DNA from: Candidatus Saccharimonadota bacterium
GTDB taxonomy: Bacteria > Patescibacteriota > Patescibacteriia > 2-12-FULL-60-25
NCBI GenBank assembly: GCA_963718585.1
Contig: OY970357.1
Span: 630,001 to 662,000 of the forward strand
DNA length: 32,000 nucleotides
Direction: 5' to 3'
The translations under genes were made by a program, and so were the position numbers. A model generated the notes under the pieces. The model did not search any database and had not been told where the DNA came from. It saw only the letters and a list, made by a program, of their open reading frames with translations. Of this stretch, positions 15,051-22,947 are shown one piece after another (position 1 is the stretch's first letter; each line of letters opens with the position of its first letter).

Positions 15051-15079
15051 ACTCTACCAAAGATCGGCCCATATTTCAA
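15051..15079 (-). promoter_or_regulatory. Sigma70-type promoter TTGAAA-17-(TGg)TAGAGT for the kinase operon; the transcript is predicted to be leaderless
   Basis: The minus strand reads TTGAAAtatgggccgatctttggTAGAGTcgccacATG. It has a near-consensus -35, a 17-nt spacer and a TGn-extended -10. The -10 ends 6 nt before the start codon at 15044, and there is no SD. Confidence 0.5.
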
Positions 15080-15101
15080 CGGTTCGTGCTACCATGTCGG
15101 C

Positions 15102-15725
15102 ATGCCGCAAAAAGGCGCAACAAACCCAAGGATCACGACCATCCTGTTCGACTGGGCGGGGGTCTTTTGTTCGCCGGGCGAGCCCTTTTCCCATCCACGA
15201 ATGTTAAAAGAATTGGGTATGACCCCCGAAGAGATGGAACGGCGCGTCCACGGCCTCTATCGCAGATACTATCGCGGGACCGTGACCAGCTCGGCCTTCT
15301 GGCGCAGTGTGATCTCTACATTCGGTCTCAAGGGTTACACGATCAAAGAATTGAATGAGGCCTACCTTCGATCGTATCGCCTCTACCCGGGCGCGCTCGC
15401 CATCCCGTCGCGGCTCCGAACGCGCTACACCGTCGCACTCATCTCGAACTTGACCGATGAGATGATGCGCCACATCGTCCGGACGCACGATCTAAAAAGA
15501 CGATTCGATGCGCTCTTCTTCAGCAACCGGCTCGGCATGATGAAACCGGAACCGCAGATGTTCCGTCATGTCCTGCGCTCCCTCCATGCACGACCGGAAG
15601 AGACACTGTTCATCGACGATACGCGTTCCAATATCGCGGCCGCGAAAACACTGGGCATGCGCACGATCCATTGTCGTTCGGCCGCGCAGTTGAAGCGCGA
15701 CCTCGGACGCCACGGCCTGATCTAG
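15102..15725 (+). CDS. HAD-superfamily hydrolase (subfamily IA-like phosphatase)
   Basis: I trimmed the track ORF 14340..15725 to the ATG at 15102; the upstream part is antisense to the kinase. Motifs: ILFDWAGVF (motif I, with Ala at Asp+2), ALISN (motif II), KPEPQMF, LFIDD (motif IV). An extended -10-like TGcTACCAT sits at 15087..15095, 6 nt upstream. Confidence 0.8.
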   Translation: MPQKGATNPRITTILFDWAGVFCSPGEPFSHPRMLKELGMTPEEMERRVHGLYRRYYRGTVTSSAFWRSVISTFGLKGYTIKELNEAYLRSYRLYPGALAIPSRLRTRYTVALISNLTDEMMRHIVRTHDLKRRFDALFFSNRLGMMKPEPQMFRHVLRSLHARPEETLFIDDTRSNIAAAKTLGMRTIHCRSAAQLKRDLGRHGLI

Positions 15726-17026
15726 GGTCGAACGTACCGCGGAGCCACGACCGGCCCTTCGAGAAGCGACGAAAGATCTCCGGCGGCACGGGCCTTTGCC
15801 ATACGCTCGAAGATCGCATCATAGGTCTCCAAGACCGTCTCGATATCGTCCGCGGTGTGAGAAAAACTGACGAAGTGCTTCGTATTCGTCAGGATCCCGG
15901 CCTTGGCCGTCTCCTGCAGGAAATAGGTCTTCAGCTCAAGATCGTCCACGCCATGTTCGTCCTTGAACGAAAGGATCGGATGCGGTCCGGATCCCTGGAC
16001 GCGCAATGGAAGTCCGTGCGTCGCGACAAGCTCTCGCATGCCTTCAAGGAGCCGCGTTCCGAGCTTCCAGAGATGTCCCGGGACATCTTGCGCTTCCATC
16101 AGGTCCAAAACGGCGAGTGCGGCGGCGATACTCGGGAGATATCCCGCGTACGTGAAGGAGAAGAAGACCTCGTCCAAGGCCCGCATGATCTCCGCCTTGC
16201 CGGCGAGGACGGACAACGGCTCACCATTGCTGATGGCCTTCCCATAGCAGACGAGATCGGGTTGGACACCGAAATATTCGGCGGCGCCGCCTCGGGCAAA
16301 ACGGAATCCCGTGATGAGTTCGTCGAAGATCATGACCGCCCCGTGCTTTGTTGCCAAGTCCCGAACCCCTGGCAGGAATCCTTCTTCAGGGAAGACCGTG
16401 TCCATCGGCTCCATAATCACAGCCGCGATCTGTCCCGGATGCGCTTCGAAGACACGTTCGAGGGATGCGAGATCGTTGTAGGTGAAGTCATGGGTCAGGT
16501 CGATCACGGCCTGTGGAACACCTTTATTCCGCATGCGATTCGTCGCGATCGTCCAGTCCTGCCACCCGTGATATCCACACTTTGCGACGTGATCCCGTCC
16601 GGTGTATGCACGCGCGACGCGGATGGCCGCGGCGGTCACGTCCGATCCGTTCAGACCGAAGCGCACCATCTCCGCGAACGGGATCCCGTCGCGCAGACGT
16701 TCCGCGAGCTCGATCTCACGCGATCCGGGCAGACCGAAGATCGTCCCCTGCTCCCGCTGGGCACGGATGGCCGACTCGATCTCCGGGTACCGATGCCCGA
16801 GCGAGACAGCCCCCAGCGAACAGGTCATGTCCAGATAGGCGTTGCCGTCGACATCCCACACCTGCGCGCCTTCGCCTCGCGCGATCGCATATGGAGAGAT
16901 CCCGTGGACGAACTGGTCCGGTGCCTTGCTCAAGGTCTGCGCCCCGCGCGGGATCACATCCTTCGCACGGCGGAGCAGGTCTTCGGAACGCGACAATCCC
17001 CTTGACATAGACGGATACGATATCAC
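15722..17026 (-). CDS. Class III PLP aminotransferase, glutamate-1-semialdehyde aminomutase (HemL)-like
   Basis: 434 aa from a GTG start at 17026, which forms a GTGA overlap with the upstream stop. The alternative ATG at 17008 gives MSRGLSRSEDLLRRAKDVIPRG. Motifs: FGLNGSDVTAAAIRVARAYTGR, MIFDELITGFRFARGGAAEYFGVQPDLVCYGKAISNG (PLP Lys). Confidence 0.85.
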   Translation of the reverse strand: MISYPSMSRGLSRSEDLLRRAKDVIPRGAQTLSKAPDQFVHGISPYAIARGEGAQVWDVDGNAYLDMTCSLGAVSLGHRYPEIESAIRAQREQGTIFGLPGSREIELAERLRDGIPFAEMVRFGLNGSDVTAAAIRVARAYTGRDHVAKCGYHGWQDWTIATNRMRNKGVPQAVIDLTHDFTYNDLASLERVFEAHPGQIAAVIMEPMDTVFPEEGFLPGVRDLATKHGAVMIFDELITGFRFARGGAAEYFGVQPDLVCYGKAISNGEPLSVLAGKAEIMRALDEVFFSFTYAGYLPSIAAALAVLDLMEAQDVPGHLWKLGTRLLEGMRELVATHGLPLRVQGSGPHPILSFKDEHGVDDLELKTYFLQETAKAGILTNTKHFVSFSHTADDIETVLETYDAIFERMAKARAAGDLSSLLEGPVVAPRYVRP

Positions 17027-17865
17027 CTTGACCCAGGTTCGTCGCGATACTGCTCCTCCCCGACCGTTTTGAGCTGGCCTTTGGCATTCCGGTACCAGTT
17101 CACCCCCGCGTACGCGTGATTGATGGCCTGGATCTCTGGATGTTCGCCCAGCAGCCGTAGCACATCATCCATATCGAAATCTGGTTTGCCTTTGAATGCT
17201 CGGAGGACTGCCTTCAAAAATGCGGCATCTTCCGGATAATCGAGGGTCCAGCGCTGGGTCATGAACATGTTCCCACGCGGATTCTCAACGTTGCCGATGC
17301 GGAACCGGTCCGGCTGATCCCAGATGAACGGGAACGTATGCTCGCGCTCATACGGCTTTTTCGCCTCGTTCCATGCGATCTCCAAGACCGAAAACGAGCA
17401 TCCTTCCACATCCATCCCATCTGGGAAGGTCGGCGGATGATAGTTGCTGACATAATCGTACCGATCCGGATGATCAAACCAGAGGCCGATGACCGAATCG
17501 ATGAGCTTTGGATCCGCCAACGGACAGTCCGACGGGATCTTCACGATAAAATCCGCGCGGTACTGCTTCGCCGCCTGATAGTGACGGTCCAGCAAGTCCG
17601 TCTCACTCCCGCGAAAGACGTCGATCCCCCGCACTTTGCACAACTCGGCGATCCGATTATCTTGCGGCTGTTCCGTAGTGATCACCACAACCTGATCCAC
17701 GGTTTTCGCCCGTCGAATCCGGGAGACCTCGATCTCCAGGAGCGTCTTCCCATCAACCTCTTCCAGGACTTTTCCGGGGAGCCGCGTGCTGCCCATGCGA
17801 GCCTGGACTAAGACAATCACGAAGAATTTCTTATCGGATGACTTGAAAATCTCATGCTCGAGCAT
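17023..17865 (-). CDS. Cytidylyltransferase of the NeuA/KdsB/SpsF family (CTP_transf_3-like)
   Basis: 280 aa. Motifs: VLVQARMGSTRLPGKVL (the signature aRxgSxRlpgK), VDQVVVITT, KIPSDCPLADP. Confidence 0.8.
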   Translation of the reverse strand: MLEHEIFKSSDKKFFVIVLVQARMGSTRLPGKVLEEVDGKTLLEIEVSRIRRAKTVDQVVVITTEQPQDNRIAELCKVRGIDVFRGSETDLLDRHYQAAKQYRADFIVKIPSDCPLADPKLIDSVIGLWFDHPDRYDYVSNYHPPTFPDGMDVEGCSFSVLEIAWNEAKKPYEREHTFPFIWDQPDRFRIGNVENPRGNMFMTQRWTLDYPEDAAFLKAVLRAFKGKPDFDMDDVLRLLGEHPEIQAINHAYAGVNWYRNAKGQLKTVGEEQYRDEPGSR

Positions 17866-18727
17866 AGGCGATGATTGTGTCAGTCAGATTTAACGCAGAC
17901 AATCGATCCTGATATGCCTCCGCGAGAGATGGGGAATTCAGGAAGGACCACGTCACATGACCTCCGGGAAGGTTCTTCGCGAGCCAATAGAGATGATTCG
18001 AGACGGGATACCGCTGAACAGCTTCAACGACGACATCGGTAAAACCTCCCGCTCGTAAGAACGCTGCAAGGGATTCCCGCGTATGCAGGATCAAGTGCTG
18101 GCTCCAAAACGTGAACTCTTTAAAAGACTCATGGTCGAAAGCCGAAAGCAGGAGATCCCCCGCATGAGGAACTTCGACGATTAAGCACCCGCCAGGCACC
18201 ATCTTGGCGCGAATGGAATGAAGGACGGCGATCGGATCGAAAAGGTGTTCGAACACGTGGAACAGCGAAACCACATCGATATCAGACGGCGCATCACCGA
18301 TGTGCGCAAAAACGTCAAACCCCTCACGACACAAGGCATTCCGCACGTCATCCTGAAGTTCCGTCGCAAGAATTCTTTTTGCTACGTCCCGGAGAACGCA
18401 GAGCTGACCTCCATTTCCCGTACCGAAGTCAAGCCATGTCTTGTTCGCGATGAGAGGCCTCAACAAATCCGCTCGACGCTGAAAATCCTCAAAACCGTTC
18501 TGACGCGCTTCCGCGAGCGAAGTGGATGACCAATACGAGCATCCTTCCATTTTTTGATAGACCTCTTCCGTCGCATGATCCGAAGACTCCAAAAGGATCA
18601 CACCAGACTTCGAACACCGTAAGACGCCGATTTTGTCGGAATCCCGAACATGATCGGCTATCGCGACGAGCGAATCGGGACGAGAAATGCCGAGCGTGAC
18701 TAGGGTTTCGCGAAGAGAATCGCTCAT
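17852..18727 (-). CDS. Class I SAM-dependent methyltransferase
   Basis: 291 aa. Motif I: [12 protein letters not shown]. Also [15 protein letters not shown] and [12 protein letters not shown]. The start forms an ATGA overlap with the gmd stop. Confidence 0.75.
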   Translation of the reverse strand: MSDSLRETLVTLGISRPDSLVAIADHVRDSDKIGVLRCSKSGVILLESSDHATEEVYQKMEGCSYWSSTSLAEARQNGFEDFQRRADLLRPLIANKTWLDFGTGNGGQLCVLRDVAKRILATELQDDVRNALCREGFDVFAHIGDAPSDIDVVSLFHVFEHLFDPIAVLHSIRAKMVPGGCLIVEVPHAGDLLLSAFDHESFKEFTFWSQHLILHTRESLAAFLRAGGFTDVVVEAVQRYPVSNHLYWLAKNLPGGHVTWSFLNSPSLAEAYQDRLSALNLTDTIIAYARA

Positions 18728-19764
18728 GATGTGCTAGACTTCTTTCGCTCTTCGTTCATCATCAAACGGGCGAGCTCAGCGAATTTCGTCTTCGCCTTCC
18801 ACCCAAGGACGCGTTCCGCCTTCGACGCGTCACCGACCAACAGGTCCACTTCCGCGGGTCGGAAATAGTACGGGTCGATTCGCACGACGACCTTACTGGT
18901 CGCGCGATCGACCCCCTTCTCGTCGAGCCCTTCTCCCTGCCAATCCAGTTCGATACCGACATGACGGAACGCCGCTTCGACAAACTCCTTCACCGTATGC
19001 GTCTCGCCGGTGGCGATAACAAAATCATCAGGCTCCGGTTGCTGCAGCATAAGCCACATTGCTTCGACATATTCCTTGGAATAGCCCCAGTCGCGTTTGG
19101 CATACAAATTCCCGAGATAGAGACAATCCTGCTCTCCGGCGGCGATGCGTGCGACCGCCATAGTAATCTTTCGGCTCACGAAGTTCTCCCCGCGGCGCGG
19201 TGATTCGTGGTTGAAAAGGATACCCGAGCACGCGAACATTCCGTACGCCTCACGATAATGTCTGGTCAGCCAATGAGCATAGACTTTTGCAATACCGTAG
19301 GGACTGCGAGGATGCAAAAGCGTCTTCTCTGTTTGCGGAGACTCCGCGACCTTGCCAAACATTTCGCTGGTCGATGCCTGATAGAACTTGGTCATATCGG
19401 TCTTCCCGAGCATACGAACAGCTTCGAGCAATCTGAGTGCCCCAAGGGCATTCACATCGCTGGTATATTCCGGCGTATCAAAAGAAATGCGTACGTGACT
19501 CTGGGCGGCAAGGTTATAGATTTCATCCGGCTCGATCTTTCGAATGAGCTGTAATAGATTCGATGAATCCGTCAGATCACCATAATGCAAAAAGAAAGAC
19601 GCATCCTTCACATGCGGGTCCATGTATAGATGCTCAATATTCCCGATATTCATCACGCTCGAGCGTCGGATGAGCCCATGGACCTCGTACTCTTTGGAGA
19701 CGAGCAACTCCGCCAGATATGATCCGTCTTGTCCGTTTATGCCGGTAATGAGAGCTTTCTTCAT
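18724..19764 (-). CDS. gmd: GDP-mannose 4,6-dehydratase
   Basis: Motifs: [36 protein letters not shown]...[39 protein letters not shown] chose the ATG at 19764; the track ORF begins at a TTG at 19791, 9 codons upstream. Confidence 0.9.
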   Translation of the reverse strand: MKKALITGINGQDGSYLAELLVSKEYEVHGLIRRSSVMNIGNIEHLYMDPHVKDASFFLHYGDLTDSSNLLQLIRKIEPDEIYNLAAQSHVRISFDTPEYTSDVNALGALRLLEAVRMLGKTDMTKFYQASTSEMFGKVAESPQTEKTLLHPRSPYGIAKVYAHWLTRHYREAYGMFACSGILFNHESPRRGENFVSRKITMAVARIAAGEQDCLYLGNLYAKRDWGYSKEYVEAMWLMLQQPEPDDFVIATGETHTVKEFVEAAFRHVGIELDWQGEGLDEKGVDRATSKVVVRIDPYYFRPAEVDLLVGDASKAERVLGWKAKTKFAELARLMMNEERKKSSTS

Positions 19765-19846
19765 AGCATTTTTGTCAAGAGACCCTATCAAAAAACGGAC
19801 GATCAGGCAAGTGGCGAGGTATTAGAAAGATCATAGTGTCTTTGAC

Positions 19847-21346
19847 TCAACCAAGACCAGCCCGGCTTGCATTCTGAATACCCAATTCGCGCAAGATGGA
19901 GAGAAGCGTCCCCCAAGGACCGTTACGTTTCCATTGCCACTGGAATAGGATGGTCATGAAATAGACCACGACGATCAATCCGACTCTGAGGAGGTCCATC
20001 ACAGGCGTCTCCGTGGGGAAGAGCTGCCGAAGGATCAGGTCCACGCACAGCGTCACGCCGCCGGCCGCGAATAGCGCGGAGATCGCGGGATAGAACGCGT
20101 GCTTGTTGATCTGCAGGACTTTCCGGGCGCGCAGGACGACGTATCCGAGCAGGATGATCCAGGTGACCACGATCGCACCCGCAAGCCCGTTCAAACCGTA
20201 TCGCCAGAATCCCAGGACCATGAGTGGGACGGAAAATGCGGTCTGGATCATGTTGACCTTGAAGTTCAGATCCGGACGGCCGATCGCACCGAACACGGGC
20301 GCGACGGCGCGAACGAAGGCAAGGAAGAGGTTCCCGAAGGCGAAGATCTTGAGCGGGACCACGATCCCGAGCCACTTCGGTCCAAGGAGGAGCGTGACGA
20401 TCGCACCGCCCTCCAAAAGGACGAAGAGCGCTGCCGGCACGCTCGTGATCAGCAGCACGTCGATGCTTTTCACGAAACCGATACGGACTTTTTCCATCTG
20501 ATCCTGGACCTTCGCATAGGCGGGAAGGCCGATCTTACCGAGTAATGCCCCGATCGTCGCCGTCGCCGTCGAGGCGAGATCTTTCGATTTCGCGTAGATG
20601 CCGAGTTCAGCCGGCTGGAGCATGCGCCCGACGAATAGCTTATCGAATTGAGAGAGAGCGAAATCCAAAAGCTCCTGTCCGTACACCCATTTACTATAGC
20701 CGATCAGCTCCCGGAGGACGCCCAGCCGCACAGAGAACCGCGGGCGACTGGGATACAAAACGTAACTGATCGCCATACCCGCGATGTTCTGCACCACGTA
20801 GCCGACGAAGAGCGCCCATGCCGACCGGTCAACGAACACCGCGTATCCGATGGCGACTAAGGCATAGGCAGACTGCGCGACCATGTCGCGGATGAACACC
20901 TTGAAAAAATCGAGATCGCGAAAAAAATAGATCTGTCGGACATTTCCAAGCGCCGGGATCAAGATGAGCAGGCCGCTCAAGCGGACGAGAAGAACAAATG
21001 GACCTGTGATGTGGAAGAATCCGCTTATCGCGCCGCCGCCGATGAACAGGAGGATAGCGAGGAACGCTGCGCGGAGGACGTCGAACGTCCACGAGGGGTC
21101 AAGATACGTCTCGACGGATTCCTTCCGCTGGAGGAGCGCATCACCGAACGGGAAGGCGGTCAGCTGATTCGCGAGACCGATCAGGAGGACGACGATCGTG
21201 ATGACGCCATAATCAGACGGCAAAAGCAGCCGCGCCAATACGAAAAACGTGACGAGACTTACGGACTTTTGTCCGAAGACGCTCGCCAGGTACCAGGTCC
21301 CACTCCGAATGGACCGTCGGTAGACTCCTTTTTCGTCCGTAGGCAT
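19847..21346 (-). CDS. Wzx-type oligosaccharide flippase (MOP superfamily polysaccharide biosynthesis protein)
   Basis: 499 aa, about 12-14 hydrophobic helices throughout. The N-terminus, SGTWYLASVFGQKSVSLVTFFVLARLLLPSDYGV, is typical of Wzx/polysaccharide biosynthesis proteins. Confidence 0.75.
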   Translation of the reverse strand: MPTDEKGVYRRSIRSGTWYLASVFGQKSVSLVTFFVLARLLLPSDYGVITIVVLLIGLANQLTAFPFGDALLQRKESVETYLDPSWTFDVLRAAFLAILLFIGGGAISGFFHITGPFVLLVRLSGLLILIPALGNVRQIYFFRDLDFFKVFIRDMVAQSAYALVAIGYAVFVDRSAWALFVGYVVQNIAGMAISYVLYPSRPRFSVRLGVLRELIGYSKWVYGQELLDFALSQFDKLFVGRMLQPAELGIYAKSKDLASTATATIGALLGKIGLPAYAKVQDQMEKVRIGFVKSIDVLLITSVPAALFVLLEGGAIVTLLLGPKWLGIVVPLKIFAFGNLFLAFVRAVAPVFGAIGRPDLNFKVNMIQTAFSVPLMVLGFWRYGLNGLAGAIVVTWIILLGYVVLRARKVLQINKHAFYPAISALFAAGGVTLCVDLILRQLFPTETPVMDLLRVGLIVVVYFMTILFQWQWKRNGPWGTLLSILRELGIQNASRAGLG

Positions 21347-21404
21347 ACGTTTTGGGACTTGCTAAAACCAACGAAATTCTTTATCTTCCCTTCAACAAGT
21401 CGGC

Positions 21405-21410
21405 TATACT
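21405..21410 (+). promoter_or_regulatory. Candidate -10 hexamer (TATACT) 8 nt upstream of the ATG at 21419
   Basis: The sequence is ggcTATACTgtatcccaATG with no SD. The -35 is only weak (ttatct). Confidence 0.3.
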
Positions 21411-21418
21411 GTATCCCA

Positions 21419-22942
21419 ATGACTAAAAACATGGAACTTGGAAAAAAGGGATGTTTTATCCTTCAACGCCGCTTTGCATACATCGGACACGACATCGCGG
21501 TCCATCTCAAAGAACGGTATGGGCTCACGAATTTTTGTGGGTATGTCTTCACGCGCCCGAGCTACACGTTCCTCCGGTCCCAGAAGGATATCGTCTACAC
21601 GCATCTACTCCTCGATGAAGACATAGACGCATCGGAGCCAGTAGATCATGTATATCTCGTGTGGCTCGAAAAAGAGTATGGTCTCCCTTACCTCTGGCCG
21701 TACCTAGCTGTGGACCGCATCCTCATGTCCGGACAGCTACTCCGAGAATATCCTTATGACAAACCGACACAGACACATGAAGAGATGCTTCGTTTCCTCC
21801 AAGCACGTGCTAAGGCGATCATCGCTTTCCTAGATCGGGAGAAACCCGACTACCTCTTCTGTTCCGCGATCGGCGCCGTGGGAAGCTATCTCCTATACGC
21901 GATCGCGAAAAAGCGCGGGATCACGATCTGTGACGTCCTGCCGACCCTGATCCGCGACCGGTACATCGTGAGTGATAGTCCATTCACCTTCACGACAGTG
22001 GATGCCCGATACCAAGACCTCACGGAGGCGGACCTCCAAAGCCCGGCGGGCAAAGAGGCCGCAGAATTCCTCAAGACGTTCCGGGAACAGCCGAAGCCGT
22101 GGCTCGCGAAACTCGATCCCTCGATCCAGGCCGTCTCGCGCCGCAAGCAGTTCGCATTCCTCCGTCCATCCAAGGCGTACAAGTGGATCCGTACGTTCTC
22201 ACGCACCGTCCGGGCGTATTATACGAACGATGTCCGCTCCGATTATTCGACGATCAGTCCGTGGAACTATCTGAAAGACGTCCTTAAGCGACGACTCCGG
22301 AACATCATCGGCGTCGATGATCTCTATGACCCGTTCGATCCCAAGACGGATTTCGCCTTCTTTCCGCTTCATCTGGAACCGGAGATCGCGCTATTGCTCC
22401 AGGCACCATACCAGACGGACCAGGCGCACCTCATCCTGCAGATCGCCCGGTCACTCCCCGTGCAGTATACGCTGTACGTGAAGGACCACCCCCAGATGGT
22501 GGAGTTCCGCCCACGCGCCTTCTACGAGCGGATCAAGAAGATGCCGAATGTGAAGCTCATCGATCCGTCGATCAAGAGCTTCGACATCATCCCGCATGCC
22601 AAGCTCATCACGACGATCACCGGGACCGTCGGATGGGAAGCGACCCTGCTCAAAAGGCCGGTCATTTCATTCGGACACTGGTTCTACAACGCGCTCCCCA
22701 TGGTCAAACGGAACTCTGAGATGGAACGTCTGCCATCCCTCATACGTGAACAGCTGGATGCCTTTGCATATGATGAGGTCGCCTTGCATAAATATCTGAC
22801 GGCGCTCTTCCAGGATTCGGTTGTATCGAATCTTCACCAGCTTTGGGAGGACGAGACGGATCAGGAAAAGAAACAACGCGGCGTGAGGCGGATCGCAGAT
22901 GCGATCGCGCGGCACCTTGGAATCGGATCCGTACACACATAG
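21419..22942 (+). CDS. Capsule polysaccharide biosynthesis (KpsC/KpsS-type, Capsule_synth-like) protein; putative ulosonic-acid transferase
   Basis: I trimmed the track ORF 21011..22942 to the ATG at 21419; the upstream part is antisense to the flippase. The pattern FFPLHLEPEIALLL...DQAHLILQIARSLP...LYVKDHPQM...LITTITGTVGWEATLLKRPVISFG matches, from memory, the Capsule_synth layout (L-H/Q-x-x-D/E ... K-x-HP ... T-x-x-S/T-x-x-G-x-E-A). Confidence 0.45.
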   Translation: MTKNMELGKKGCFILQRRFAYIGHDIAVHLKERYGLTNFCGYVFTRPSYTFLRSQKDIVYTHLLLDEDIDASEPVDHVYLVWLEKEYGLPYLWPYLAVDRILMSGQLLREYPYDKPTQTHEEMLRFLQARAKAIIAFLDREKPDYLFCSAIGAVGSYLLYAIAKKRGITICDVLPTLIRDRYIVSDSPFTFTTVDARYQDLTEADLQSPAGKEAAEFLKTFREQPKPWLAKLDPSIQAVSRRKQFAFLRPSKAYKWIRTFSRTVRAYYTNDVRSDYSTISPWNYLKDVLKRRLRNIIGVDDLYDPFDPKTDFAFFPLHLEPEIALLLQAPYQTDQAHLILQIARSLPVQYTLYVKDHPQMVEFRPRAFYERIKKMPNVKLIDPSIKSFDIIPHAKLITTITGTVGWEATLLKRPVISFGHWFYNALPMVKRNSEMERLPSLIREQLDAFAYDEVALHKYLTALFQDSVVSNLHQLWEDETDQEKKQRGVRRIADAIARHLGIGSVHT

Positions 22943-22947
22943 ACCAT

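Noticed and set aside
14340-15101. The N-terminal 254 codons of track ORF 14340..15725
   Set aside because: This part is antisense to the kinase gene and Arg/Asp-rich. HAD motif I begins right after the internal Met at 15102, which also has its own -10-like element.
15671-17005. A 444-aa plus-strand ORF
   Set aside because: It lies entirely antisense to the aminotransferase gene, which has clear class III PLP motifs. Its translation is Arg/Asp/Glu/Pro-rich with no recognisable motifs, so it is a typical shadow ORF of GC-rich coding DNA.
21011-21418. The N-terminal 136 codons of track ORF 21011..22942
   Set aside because: This part is antisense to the flippase gene and has a highly charged, low-complexity translation. 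The conserved-looking protein starts at the Met at 21419.
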